DNA from: Thermosulfurimonas dismutans
GTDB taxonomy: Bacteria > Desulfobacterota > Thermodesulfobacteria > Thermodesulfobacteriales > Thermodesulfobacteriaceae
NCBI RefSeq assembly: GCF_001652585.1
Contig: NZ_LWLG01000023.1
Span: 1 to 21,313 of the forward strand
Length of the DNA stretch: 21,313 bases
Reading direction: 5' to 3'
The notes beneath the pieces were generated by a model. It had not been told where the DNA came from, made no database searches, and saw only the letters and a list, made by a program, of their open reading frames with translations. The first letter of the stretch is position 1. Every line of letters begins with the position of its first letter. This document shows positions 1-8,510 of the stretch, one piece after another. Both the position numbers and the translations under genes were made by a program.

Positions 1-374
1 GTCTCAAGGTCATGGAAAAACTTGTAGAGCTTGGATTAAAACCGGCCATAAAAGTAAAAGAAACCTTCAGGCAGAAGGTAAAACATCCTCTGCGGAAAGA
101 TTCCAGAATTTTCTGGGAGAAATGGGGCCGAAATAGATATCTGATTGAAAGTTTGTTTGGTACGGTAAAACTGAAAATAGGCTCGCATTTTAGGGTAAGA
201 AAGGAAGAAATAGCCCAGAAGAGAGGACTGGCCGCTTTTGTGCTCTATAATATGTACCTCCTGGCTACCCTCCTCTATATCTCGTTGCTCCTTAAAAACT
301 ATTTTCGAACACTCTCATACAATGGCTTGACAGGTACAAGAAATATGATATCTATTTATTATAAATTTGAATAA
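1..374 (+). mobile_element. C-terminal part of an IS4/IS5-type DDE transposase gene, truncated by the window edge
   Basis: The frame is open from nt 3 to the stop at 372-374, so the gene starts outside the window. The peptide ...WGRNRYLIESLFGTVKLK... fits the R-x3-E-x6-K signature around the last catalytic Glu of IS4/IS5-type DDE transposases. IS termini cannot be defined because the left end is not in the window. Confidence 0.6.
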
Positions 375-417
375 TTCTAAACTAAACTCTTATGTAAATT
401 TTTGGGGGGCGCGAAAA

Positions 418-990
418 ATGAAAAATCAGAAAGTAGGGTTTTTAGGGGTAGTTTTGTTAATGCTGTTTGTGCTAACGGCCGGCCATGTTTGGGCATCTAC
501 TTTAATCTCTTTAATCTCTCCTTTTTATGTCCAGTTCATCGATGGTGATGATGAAGATTCGGTTGTGAGCTTTAATGCTCATTTCGTCAATACGGACAAC
601 AATACGACATACTGGGTGGGAATAGGGTCTCTGGATCATAAGTGGAAATCGGATGGTATTGAGGTCGGGCCTAACTCAGACCTGCTAAAATATAATCTTA
701 CACTTGACCCCCCGGGTACCTACGATGTCTATGTGGCCTGGGATACGGGAACCGATGGTAAACCGGATAAGTATATTTGGACTTCCGAGGCCGGGGTTGC
801 TAGTGCGTCCACTAGTGGATCAACTCTTAGTATTATCTGGGACGACCCAATACACTTTTCGAGTTTCGAATATACTTTTAACGGTGATGGTTTTAACGTT
901 ATTTCGGCGGTTCCTCTCCCCGCGGCGGTATGGCTCTTCGGTTCGGGGATTTTGGGCGCGGGCTTGCTAAGAAGGAAACTGCTTGCATGA
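418..990 (+). CDS. Secreted protein with a C-terminal VPLPA/PEP-CTERM (exosortase-type) sorting signal
   Basis: The tracked ORF is 367..990. The ATG at 418 is preferred because a G-run (404-409) lies 8 nt upstream and it avoids overlap with the transposase stop. The N-terminus MKNQKVGFLGVVLLMLFVLTAGHVWA looks like a signal peptide. The C-terminus VPLPAAVWLFGSGILGAGLLRRK is a motif plus TM helix plus basic tail, the classic PEP-CTERM architecture in its VPLPA variant. Confidence 0.75.
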   Translation: MKNQKVGFLGVVLLMLFVLTAGHVWASTLISLISPFYVQFIDGDDEDSVVSFNAHFVNTDNNTTYWVGIGSLDHKWKSDGIEVGPNSDLLKYNLTLDPPGTYDVYVAWDTGTDGKPDKYIWTSEAGVASASTSGSTLSIIWDDPIHFSSFEYTFNGDGFNVISAVPLPAAVWLFGSGILGAGLLRRKLLA

Positions 991-1002
991 TTAAGATTTT
1001 TT

Positions 1003-1040
1003 AAAGCGCTGCGCAGGATCTGTGCCAGCGCTTTGTTTTT
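1003..1040 (+). terminator. Rho-independent terminator after the PEP-CTERM gene
   Basis: The stem AAAGCGCTG (1003-1011) pairs perfectly with CAGCGCTTT (1026-1034). It has a 14-nt loop and is followed by GTTTTT (1035-1040), 13 nt after the stop codon. Confidence 0.6.
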
Positions 1041-1130
1041 GAGGCTTCCCCGTCCAGTTCTTATCAGCTATACTTTTCTCACTTACCTAGCTCGCGATCC
1101 CATTAACATAGGAGGGAATACAAGGGGGGC

Positions 1131-1739
1131 ATGGATTCGGTAGTCAAAGATCCGAATGTGTTTTGGCACCAGGGTTATGTAACCCGAGCAGATAGAAATG
1201 CCCGTTACGGGCACAAAAGCGGCCTTGTTTGGTTTACAGGGCTTCCTTCCTCGGGTAAGTCTTCCATCGCCCACGGGGTGGAGAAGGTCCTTTTTGAGCG
1301 GGGGGTTAAGTGCTACGTTCTTGATGGGGACAACATCAGGCACGGTCTAAATGCCGATCTGCGTTTCAGTCTTGAGGATCGCCGGGAAAACATCCGTAGG
1401 GTGGTCGAGGTGGCAAAACTCATGACTGATGCCGGGTTGATAGTCTTGGCGGCCTTCGTATCCCCTTATCGGGAGGATAGGCAGTATGTGCGTCGTCGTT
1501 TCGAAGGCGACAATTTTATCGAAATTTACGTAAAATGCTCTCCGGAGGAATGCGAACGCCGGGATCCTAAGGGCAATTACAGAAAGGCCCGGGCCGGCCT
1601 CATCAAGGGCTATACCGGCGTAGATGCCCCTTATGAGGAACCGGAACACCCTGACTTAGTGCTCGACACCGAGAAGGTGAACCTTGAACTGGCCATCTCG
1701 GAGGTTATCCAGTACCTTGAAAAATTGGGTTGGATTTAG
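1131..1739 (+). CDS. cysC: Adenylylsulfate (APS) kinase, makes PAPS
   Basis: Shows the canonical CysC pattern: P-loop FTGLPSSGKSSIA, then YVLDGDNIRHGLNADLRFSLEDRRENIRRVVEVAKLMTDAGLIVLAAFVSPYREDR. The length of 202 aa is typical, and a purine-rich SD (AAGGGGGG) lies just upstream. Confidence 0.93.
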   Translation: MDSVVKDPNVFWHQGYVTRADRNARYGHKSGLVWFTGLPSSGKSSIAHGVEKVLFERGVKCYVLDGDNIRHGLNADLRFSLEDRRENIRRVVEVAKLMTDAGLIVLAAFVSPYREDRQYVRRRFEGDNFIEIYVKCSPEECERRDPKGNYRKARAGLIKGYTGVDAPYEEPEHPDLVLDTEKVNLELAISEVIQYLEKLGWI

Positions 1740-1754
1740 TCTTTTTTCCTGTTT

Positions 1755-1958
1755 CTATTTTTTCTTCTGCTCTGGCGCGCATGGGACTTCCGGGAGGAAT
1801 TCACGGATAGGGATTTCCACATGACCTTCGGCCATTTCGCTATAACTAAATTTCATCTCTTTTCTCGCGAACGATCTCATAGACATTGAGGGCCTTATTC
1901 GATTTCCTTTTTCATTTAAATCTAGTTTTCGGAAATAACTTCCAGAGACCGGGCGCAC
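1755..1958 (-). CDS. Hypothetical small ORF (67 aa, GTG start), convergent with cysC
   Basis: Supported only by an open frame, with no recognisable motif. It overlaps a second 56-aa minus-strand ORF (1912..2082, ATG preceded by AAAAGGA) in another frame. Coding status is doubtful. Confidence 0.2.
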   Translation of the reverse strand: MRPVSGSYFRKLDLNEKGNRIRPSMSMRSFARKEMKFSYSEMAEGHVEIPIREFLPEVPCAPEQKKK

Positions 1959-1984
1959 GTCTTTTTAATCGTTTGAAGCCAGAC

Positions 1985-2012
1985 TTGTCATTTTGAAGTA
2001 CTTTGATATATT
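1985..2012 (+). promoter_or_regulatory. Candidate sigma70-like promoter for the manC-led array
   Basis: TTGTCA (1985-1990), a 16-nt spacer, then TATATT (2007-2012), in the AT-rich gap upstream of manC (start 2190). This is a pattern match only. Confidence 0.25.
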
Positions 2013-2189
2013 GCTCTTTCGAGCTTTTGGCAATGCGACTTTTTATAGGCTGAGGGTAGAGATAATACTTTATTTTATTCATTTTATTCCTTTTGTTAGT
2101 GCGTTAGTTAGGATCTTAGTGGATTCATGTTGGTGAAAGGATTTTTATCTCTAGGTTAGAAGGTATCCAAGTATGTTAGGGTATTACAT

Positions 2190-3587
2190 ATGAAAGCGGT
2201 AATATTGGTAGGGGGAAGCGGGACAAGGCTTTGGCCCTTTTCTCGAGAGAAGTTACCCAAACAGTTTTTGCGTCTCTTAGGCGATGAAAGTTTTTTTCAA
2301 AAAACAATAAAACGTCTTTTACAGAACTTATCTCCTGAAGATCTCATTTTTTCAAGTAATCGCGAGCATATTTTTTTGCTTAAAGATCAATTAAAGGAAC
2401 TCCATTTAGATCCGGAATCCTTCAATTTTGTTCTTGAGCCGGTATCGCGGAATACCGCTCCTGCTATTGCCTTGGCAGTAAGATTTGCGGAAGAAAACCT
2501 CGGGATTTCTGAGGATGAAGCAATATTTGTGGCCCCTTCCGATCACTTGATTGAGCCTGAAGAGACTTTCGGAGAGTACCTGGAGAAAGCTGAAGCATTA
2601 GCCCGCGAGGGTTATATAGTCACCTTCGGGATAAAACCTTATCGGCCTGAAACCGGTTATGGATATATAGAAGCCGGAGAAAACCTGCCGCGCCTTGGGT
2701 TTCGGGTAAAAAGATTTGTGGAGAAGCCAGACCTTGATCAGGCCAGGACTTATATAGCTTCGGGGAACTTTTTCTGGAACTCAGGCATGTTTGCTTTCAC
2801 TCCCGCCACCTTTTGGAGCGAATTTAAGACGCACGCCCCTGAAATTTATAACGCGGTTTACGGTCAGATAGTGGAAAGCATCTTGGAGCGGTTCGATAAG
2901 CTTCCGGATATCTCTATAGACTATGCGGTAATGGAAAAGACGGATTGGGCGGCGGTTTTGCCTCTAGAACTACGGTGGTCGGACGTAGGCTCTTGGGAAG
3001 CGGTTTACGAGGTAAACCCTAAAGGGGAAAACGAGAATGTGATTCTGGGTAAAGCTTTGCTTATCGACACTAAAAACAGTCTGGTTGTAGGAAATGAACG
3101 TCTGGTTTCAGTAGTAGGTCTTTCAGATGTGATGGTTGTTGAGACCGGGGATGCAGTTTTGGTGGCCCGAAAAGGGGAGGGGCAGAAGGTAAGGGAGATA
3201 GTTGAGCGCCTGAAAGCGGACGATATGGTGGCTACTCTAACACGAGTTCATCTTACAGAACATCGTCCCTGGGGGAGTTTCACCGAGCTTGAAAGGGGAG
3301 AGCGTTATCGTATCAAGCGTATAACTGTCTTGCCGGGGGAAAGCCTGAGCCTCCAGATGCACCACCATCGAAGCGAACACTGGATAGTGGTAAAGGGTAC
3401 GGCCAAAGTAACTATCGGAGATAAAACCGTATACGTACATGAAAATGAAAGCATTTATGTTCCCAAAACTACCCCCCACAGATTGGAAAATCCGGGCAAG
3501 ATTCCCCTTGAGATCATAGAGGTTCAAGTGGGGGAGTATGTGGAAGAGGACGATATCGTGAGGTTTGAGGATCGGTATAAAAGGTAA
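2190..3587 (+). CDS. manC: Bifunctional mannose-1-phosphate guanylyltransferase / mannose-6-phosphate isomerase (type II PMI)
   Basis: The N-terminal NTP-transferase signature is MKAVILVGGSGTRLWPFSREKLPKQF. The C-terminal cupin region reads RPWGSF...LSLQMHHHRSEHWIVVKGTAKV...YVPKTTPHRLENPG...IIEVQVGEYVEEDDIVRFEDRY, typical of ManC/CpsB/RfbM. Confidence 0.93.
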   Translation: MKAVILVGGSGTRLWPFSREKLPKQFLRLLGDESFFQKTIKRLLQNLSPEDLIFSSNREHIFLLKDQLKELHLDPESFNFVLEPVSRNTAPAIALAVRFAEENLGISEDEAIFVAPSDHLIEPEETFGEYLEKAEALAREGYIVTFGIKPYRPETGYGYIEAGENLPRLGFRVKRFVEKPDLDQARTYIASGNFFWNSGMFAFTPATFWSEFKTHAPEIYNAVYGQIVESILERFDKLPDISIDYAVMEKTDWAAVLPLELRWSDVGSWEAVYEVNPKGENENVILGKALLIDTKNSLVVGNERLVSVVGLSDVMVVETGDAVLVARKGEGQKVREIVERLKADDMVATLTRVHLTEHRPWGSFTELERGERYRIKRITVLPGESLSLQMHHHRSEHWIVVKGTAKVTIGDKTVYVHENESIYVPKTTPHRLENPGKIPLEIIEVQVGEYVEEDDIVRFEDRYKR

Positions 3588-3774
3588 AGAGAGAATAAGG
3601 GATAAGAAAACCGAAAACAGAAGAGAATGGATGGGAATAGTAATGAAATAAGCATGAATTTTTCGTTAAGGGGTGCTCATTGAAGGATGGAGAGCTTTGC
3701 GTTATGTTTAATCGTACTTTAAATAAGTTCGGTTCCAAAAGTTGGGGTGGAGTAGGCGTTTTTGAGGTTGCTGA

Positions 3775-5085
3775 GTGTTAGGTGGAAGGATAAAAGAGTT
3801 TCTCAAAGACAGGGAGAAAAAACAACTTTGTGAAAACTTTATATCTCTTTCGTTGCTTCAGGGAGCGAATTATATACTTCCTTTAGTTATTTTACCGTAT
3901 TTAGTTAGGGTGTTGGGTCCAGAAAAGTTTGGTCTCATAGCTTTTGCTCGATCCTTTGTGCAGTATTTCAATATCTTAACGGATTATGGCTTTAATCTTT
4001 CTGCTACCCGAGAGATCTCGATATATCGGGAAAGCAAGGAGCGAATCTCTGAAATATTCAGTGCTGTACTGACTATTAAATTGGTTCTATTAATCTTTTC
4101 TCTTGTAATATTGACTATTATTGTTTTTGGTTTTCAAAAATTTCGAAAAGATTGGGAAATATATTACTTTAGTTTTGGAATAGTAGTGGGGCAAGTTTTA
4201 TTTCCTGTATGGTTTTTTCAGGGGATGGAAAGGATGAAGTATATTACAATTTTGAATGTTATTGCCAAATTGATTTTTGCTGTTTCTATTTTTGTTTTTG
4301 TTCGTGAAGTTTCGGATTATATTTATGTGCCGCTGATAAATTCTTTAGGTTTTATAGTTGCAGGTATATTGGCATTATGGATTGCTTTTAAGGATTTTGA
4401 TATTTACTTTAAAGTTCCTAATTTAATGGTAATAAAACGTCAAATAGAAGAGGGATGGCATATTTTTATGTCTACAGTTTCTTATAACTTATACACTAAT
4501 TCTCCTAAGTTTTTTATTGGAATATTGATAAACAATAAATCTGTTGCTTTTTTCTCACTGGCTGAAAAAGTAGTTAATATTTTAAGGCAGTTGATTAATA
4601 TTATCTTTCAAGTTTTTTATCCATATTTAGCAAGGATGTTTAAAGAAAGTTTTAAAACTTACACAAAAGAATGGTTTAGATTATTTAGAATTTCAACAGG
4701 AATAAGCATGTTATTATGTGCTTTTGTTGTTTTCATACCAAAAAGCATGTTTTTGTTTGTATTTTCGGAAAGTTTCTTGCCTTCGTTATCTATGCTAAAG
4801 CTATTGGTTTTATCTTTACCTTTGCAATGTTTTATGAATCTGTTCGGAATGCAATCTATGTTGATATTGGGATTTGTCAGAGCTTATGGATTTTCCTATG
4901 TGTTCTTTTCCATTTTATTTTTGGTTATTTTACCTATAATATTATGGTTTTCAAAAAGTGTTTTTTTATTAATAGGATTAATTTTAGTTACGGAATTTAT
5001 GATAATAATTTATAGAATTTTTTATTTATATAAAAAAGGAATTTTATATGCGTTATTTAGATACTCAGCATATAGTAGAAAATAA
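3775..5085 (+). CDS. wzx: Wzx-like polysaccharide/O-unit flippase (MOP superfamily)
   Basis: GTG start. The N-terminal pattern LLQGANYILPLVILPYLVRVLGPEKFGLIAFARSFVQYFNILTDYGFNLSATREIS is typical of RfbX/Wzx proteins. The protein is highly hydrophobic and multi-spanning across its 436 aa. Confidence 0.8.
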   Translation: MLGGRIKEFLKDREKKQLCENFISLSLLQGANYILPLVILPYLVRVLGPEKFGLIAFARSFVQYFNILTDYGFNLSATREISIYRESKERISEIFSAVLTIKLVLLIFSLVILTIIVFGFQKFRKDWEIYYFSFGIVVGQVLFPVWFFQGMERMKYITILNVIAKLIFAVSIFVFVREVSDYIYVPLINSLGFIVAGILALWIAFKDFDIYFKVPNLMVIKRQIEEGWHIFMSTVSYNLYTNSPKFFIGILINNKSVAFFSLAEKVVNILRQLINIIFQVFYPYLARMFKESFKTYTKEWFRLFRISTGISMLLCAFVVFIPKSMFLFVFSESFLPSLSMLKLLVLSLPLQCFMNLFGMQSMLILGFVRAYGFSYVFFSILFLVILPIILWFSKSVFLLIGLILVTEFMIIIYRIFYLYKKGILYALFRYSAYSRK

Positions 5086-6289
5086 TTGGGAAAAGTTAGC
5101 AATGAATAGACGTTATGAGTATTTACACTTTCGAATAAACCAATTACTTAATTCTATTGTTAATCTGAATGTTTTAGATAGGGGATCAAAAGTATTAATC
5201 AATTCCATAAGGGATAAAAGCAAACTTAAAGTTTCATTGTCAAGTGTCAATTACTTAAAGAATCTATTAAAGATACTTAATCGGATAACTGGTAAAAATT
5301 ATAGCCTTAGTTATAACATTTTGTATCTTAAAAATTACATAGAGTTTTTTCTAAAAATCCACAACATAATACTAAACTATCTTCATGAATATGTAAAAAC
5401 AAGACCATATTTAGTACAGGCTAAACAATATGACAACACATTTTATGCTTACCCTCAGCTTATAGAAGTGCGCAACTTCTATAAGAAAGTTTCGAGAATA
5501 GAAGGATTGAAAGAAGTATTTATTCAGGGAAGTCTGTCTACCCTTGACTATAACAAATTTAGTGATTTTGATACTTTTATAATCATAAGTAAAGAAGCAG
5601 AAGAAGATGTAGATCTTTTTATAGATACTATTTTTAAACTATTTAGAGCATCTCGCTATTTTTACAAGTTTGATCCTTATCAGCACCATAGATATTTTGC
5701 GTGTCTTGAGTCTGATTTATATGCGTACAACCAAGCATGTCTCCCAACGAAAGTTTTAGATTATGCTACATCCATAAAAAATTCAGAGGAATTATTCTTT
5801 CAAGTATATGACTCAAGGTTGTCACACGTTATTTTCCTCACGAATGTCTTAAACTATTTTGTAATTCATCACGAAGAAAGTTTTAAAAGAATAGCTAATC
5901 TATGGAATCTTAAATATTTTGTAGCTACAGTGTTATTTATTCCTGTTCTCTTTTTAGAGGTAATTAATATTTATGTATACAAAAGGGATTCTTTTTCGAT
6001 AATAAAACAATTTTTATCAATAGATTTACAAAATTATATTGATAGATGTAGCTACTTGCGTCAAATATGGAATTATAAACTAACAACCAAAGAAAATCTC
6101 TTTAGAAAGCTATTTTTAGATATATACTTAAATCCTATATTATATGAGTATGTAATGCAGAAATATAGTCAGAAGATTAATAGAAAAGAATTCAACTATA
6201 TATTTTCGGGAAGTATTCCTTATACTCAGTTTTTCTACGATGAAGTTAGAAAAATTTATAAGAAAGATTTTAACATAGATGTTGAATAA
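5048..6289 (+). CDS. Uncharacterised protein with a Pol-beta-type nucleotidyltransferase-fold motif
   Basis: G161-S-x10-D173-F-D175 (GSLSTLDYNKFSDFDTFIII, nt 5528-5572) matches the hG[GS]-x(9-13)-D-h-[DE]-h minimal NTase signature. The remainder is predicted to be helical and lysine/tyrosine-rich. An alternative start at ATG 5102 would avoid the 38-nt overlap with wzx. Confidence 0.5.
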   Translation: MRYLDTQHIVENNWEKLAMNRRYEYLHFRINQLLNSIVNLNVLDRGSKVLINSIRDKSKLKVSLSSVNYLKNLLKILNRITGKNYSLSYNILYLKNYIEFFLKIHNIILNYLHEYVKTRPYLVQAKQYDNTFYAYPQLIEVRNFYKKVSRIEGLKEVFIQGSLSTLDYNKFSDFDTFIIISKEAEEDVDLFIDTIFKLFRASRYFYKFDPYQHHRYFACLESDLYAYNQACLPTKVLDYATSIKNSEELFFQVYDSRLSHVIFLTNVLNYFVIHHEESFKRIANLWNLKYFVATVLFIPVLFLEVINIYVYKRDSFSIIKQFLSIDLQNYIDRCSYLRQIWNYKLTTKENLFRKLFLDIYLNPILYEYVMQKYSQKINRKEFNYIFSGSIPYTQFFYDEVRKIYKKDFNIDVE

Positions 6290-7346
6290 ACAACAGATTA
6301 TCAATGATCTAAAGAAATTAGATATGGATGACTATAGAAAGATAATAATAGAGTTTGTTGACGAGTTTAAATATCCTAAGATAACATTATATAGTTTTGG
6401 TAATTTAAAGCATCCCTCCATTTCTGATTTAGATCTTGTAATAGTGTATGATGATCGTCTGGATGATAGTTTTGTTGCAAAAATTGTAGAGAAAGCAAAA
6501 AAATTTGTTGTGTCCAATGAGGTTAAGAAATACGTTTTTACTCATGACATTTTAATCTATCCAAAGAGTATTTTTAGGAAGATAAAATTTTTGCATACTT
6601 TTCAAAACATGAAGCTACTCTGTGGTAAGGAGGTTGACATACTTGTTCCATCGGAAGAAGAGCAGAGCATAGTAGATAAAGTCCATTTTATAAACTTTAC
6701 ATATAATGCTCTTTTTTGGTTAAAAGGCATTAGATTACAAAAAAAAGTTTACTTAAGACAAACTTTACTCACTTTAAATTCTGTTAGACATAGTTTTGTT
6801 TTTTTAAAAAAAATTTATCAAGATTCAAATTTAATCAAATGGATAGATATTTTAGGAGAAGTTAGGCAAGATTATAGTCTTATTTACAAAATATCCTTTC
6901 ATGAGTTGGAAGAAATTTTTTTTGAATATTTACAAAAATTTTTAGCAAGATTTTTGAGAAAATGGATAGATTTTTCCAACTTAGATAAATTAATTAACAA
7001 AAAAATATTAGTATTACACGGAAGAAGAATGATTGCAGTTCCTAGTTTAAGCATTATACATGGAGCGTCTTATTGTAAATGTTGTCCTGAAAATAAACAA
7101 TCAATATATTGGAAGATACATCGATCCTTATATCCTATAAATAACTTTACTATTAAAGATAGAAATTATAAAGGTGTTTTGCGTCATCAGATGGAAGCTG
7201 CTATGGAATTCGAAGTGTTATATAGGAAATTCCGAATAAAACCTCTTATTCCACTTATGTGCAATTACTGTACGCCGGTGATGACTAAAAAACAAAAAAT
7301 AAGATCATTATTGAATAGCTTTGTAGTAAAAATACAGTTATTATAA
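6279..7346 (+). CDS. Uncharacterised protein with an NTase-fold-like motif and a C-terminal Cys cluster
   Basis: The motif is G41-N-x7-D50-L-D52 (FGNLKHPSISDLDLVIVYDD, nt 6399-6434), with a downstream acidic THD at residues 88-90. The C-terminal cysteines are C266-x-C268-C269 and C328-x2-C331. The gene overlaps the previous one by 11 nt, suggesting translational coupling. Confidence 0.45.
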   Translation: MLNKQQIINDLKKLDMDDYRKIIIEFVDEFKYPKITLYSFGNLKHPSISDLDLVIVYDDRLDDSFVAKIVEKAKKFVVSNEVKKYVFTHDILIYPKSIFRKIKFLHTFQNMKLLCGKEVDILVPSEEEQSIVDKVHFINFTYNALFWLKGIRLQKKVYLRQTLLTLNSVRHSFVFLKKIYQDSNLIKWIDILGEVRQDYSLIYKISFHELEEIFFEYLQKFLARFLRKWIDFSNLDKLINKKILVLHGRRMIAVPSLSIIHGASYCKCCPENKQSIYWKIHRSLYPINNFTIKDRNYKGVLRHQMEAAMEFEVLYRKFRIKPLIPLMCNYCTPVMTKKQKIRSLLNSFVVKIQLL

Positions 7347-7358
7347 GAAGGTGTTTTA

Positions 7359-8507
7359 GTGTTTAACTACATAATAGTTGGTTCAGGATTTGCAGGATCG
7401 GTAATAGCCGAAAGAATAGCAAATGTTTTAAACAAAAAAGTTTTGGTAATAGAAAAAAGAAGTCATATAGGTGGAAACTGTTATGACTATAGAAATAAAG
7501 ACGGGATAATTATTCATAAATACGGCCCTCATTTATTCCACACAAATTACAAAGAAGTTTTTGATTATCTTTCTAACTTTACAGATTGGCGAATATATTA
7601 CCATAAAGTTTTAGCTTTTATTGATGGAAAAAAGGTTCCAATTCCCTTTAATTTCAATTCTATGGATATACTATTCCCTGAAATTTTATCAAAAAAATTA
7701 CAAGAAAAACTTCTAAAAAAATATCCTTATGGTGCAAAGGTTCCGATTTTAAAGTTAAAAAAGGAAAATGATAAAGATTTAAAATTTCTGGCAGATTTTG
7801 TATATGAAAAAATTTTTAAAAATTACACAATAAAACAGTGGGGAAAGAGACCTGAAGAAATAGATTCAGAAGTTACTGCAAGAGTTCCTGTTTGTATTGG
7901 GAGGGATGATAGATACTTTGATGATAAATATCAAGCGTTACCAGAAGAAGGCTATACTAAAATCTTTGAAAGAATGCTTTCTCATCCAAACATAAAGCTC
8001 ATGTTGAATACGGATTTTAAGGAAATAATGAAAGTAGATTTAAAAGGTAAGAAAATCTACTTCTTGGGGCAAGAGTTTAAAGGAAAGGTAATATTTACGG
8101 GCATGATAGATGAATTATTTGCTTACAAATTTGGAATGTTACCTTATCGCTCTTTAGATCTTCATCTTGAAGTAATCGAAAAAGAATATTTTCAAGAAGT
8201 GGCTGTAGTGAATTATCCCAACGATTATGATTTCACAAGGATAACGGAATTTAAACACATACATCCTATCAAGACCAATAGGACCGTCATTCTTAAAGAG
8301 TACCCGAAAGATTATGATCCAGAGCGAGACATTCCCTATTATCCATTTTTCGATAAAGCAGCCCGGGAGGTCTATGCTAAATATCAGGAACTTGCCGAGA
8401 GATTTGACCATCTTATTCTTGTAGGACGATTAGCAGAATACAGGTATTATGATATGGATGATGTAATCAAAAGGAGTTTAGAAGTATTTGAAGAAAGGAT
8501 CAGATAA
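7359..8507 (+). CDS. glf: UDP-galactopyranose mutase
   Basis: GTG start. The FAD-binding N-terminus reads YIIVGSGFAGSVIAERIA...VLVIEKRSHIGGNCYD...IHKYGPHLFHTN. The C-terminus has ITEFKH...YYPF...GRLAEYRYYDMDDVI. The protein is collinear with E. coli Glf along its whole length. Confidence 0.93.
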   Translation: MFNYIIVGSGFAGSVIAERIANVLNKKVLVIEKRSHIGGNCYDYRNKDGIIIHKYGPHLFHTNYKEVFDYLSNFTDWRIYYHKVLAFIDGKKVPIPFNFNSMDILFPEILSKKLQEKLLKKYPYGAKVPILKLKKENDKDLKFLADFVYEKIFKNYTIKQWGKRPEEIDSEVTARVPVCIGRDDRYFDDKYQALPEEGYTKIFERMLSHPNIKLMLNTDFKEIMKVDLKGKKIYFLGQEFKGKVIFTGMIDELFAYKFGMLPYRSLDLHLEVIEKEYFQEVAVVNYPNDYDFTRITEFKHIHPIKTNRTVILKEYPKDYDPERDIPYYPFFDKAAREVYAKYQELAERFDHLILVGRLAEYRYYDMDDVIKRSLEVFEERIR

Positions 8508-8510
8508 AAG

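Noticed and set aside
367-417. The ATG at 367 as start of the PEP-CTERM protein
   Set aside because: It overlaps the transposase stop and adds 17 residues ahead of an otherwise typical signal peptide. The ATG at 418 has a G-rich SD-like run 8 nt upstream.
704-970. Alternative-frame + ORF (88 aa) inside the PEP-CTERM protein gene, and similarly 4716..5015 inside wzx
   Set aside because: These are internal out-of-frame ORFs with no start context or motifs. The overlapping frames carry clear signal-peptide/PEP-CTERM and transporter features respectively.
1083-1649. Minus-strand ORFs 1083..1343 and 1347..1649 opposite cysC
   Set aside because: These are shadow ORFs antisense to a canonical APS kinase gene, and they show no recognisable features.
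1912-2082. A possible frameshifted minus-strand gene formed by the 56-aa ORF 1912..2082 (MNKIKYYLYPQPIKSRIAKSSKEQYIKVLQNDKSGFKRLKRR...) plus ORF 1755..1958
   Set aside because: The two frames overlap, and the first has an SD-like AAAAGGA. I cannot assign either part to any family, so neither a pseudogene nor a gene call can be supported from the sequence alone.
3588-3774. A JUMPstart/ops (GGCGGTAG) antitermination element or terminator between manC and wzx
   Set aside because: No match to the ops core and no stable stem-loop with a T-tract was found on reading the 187-bp spacer.
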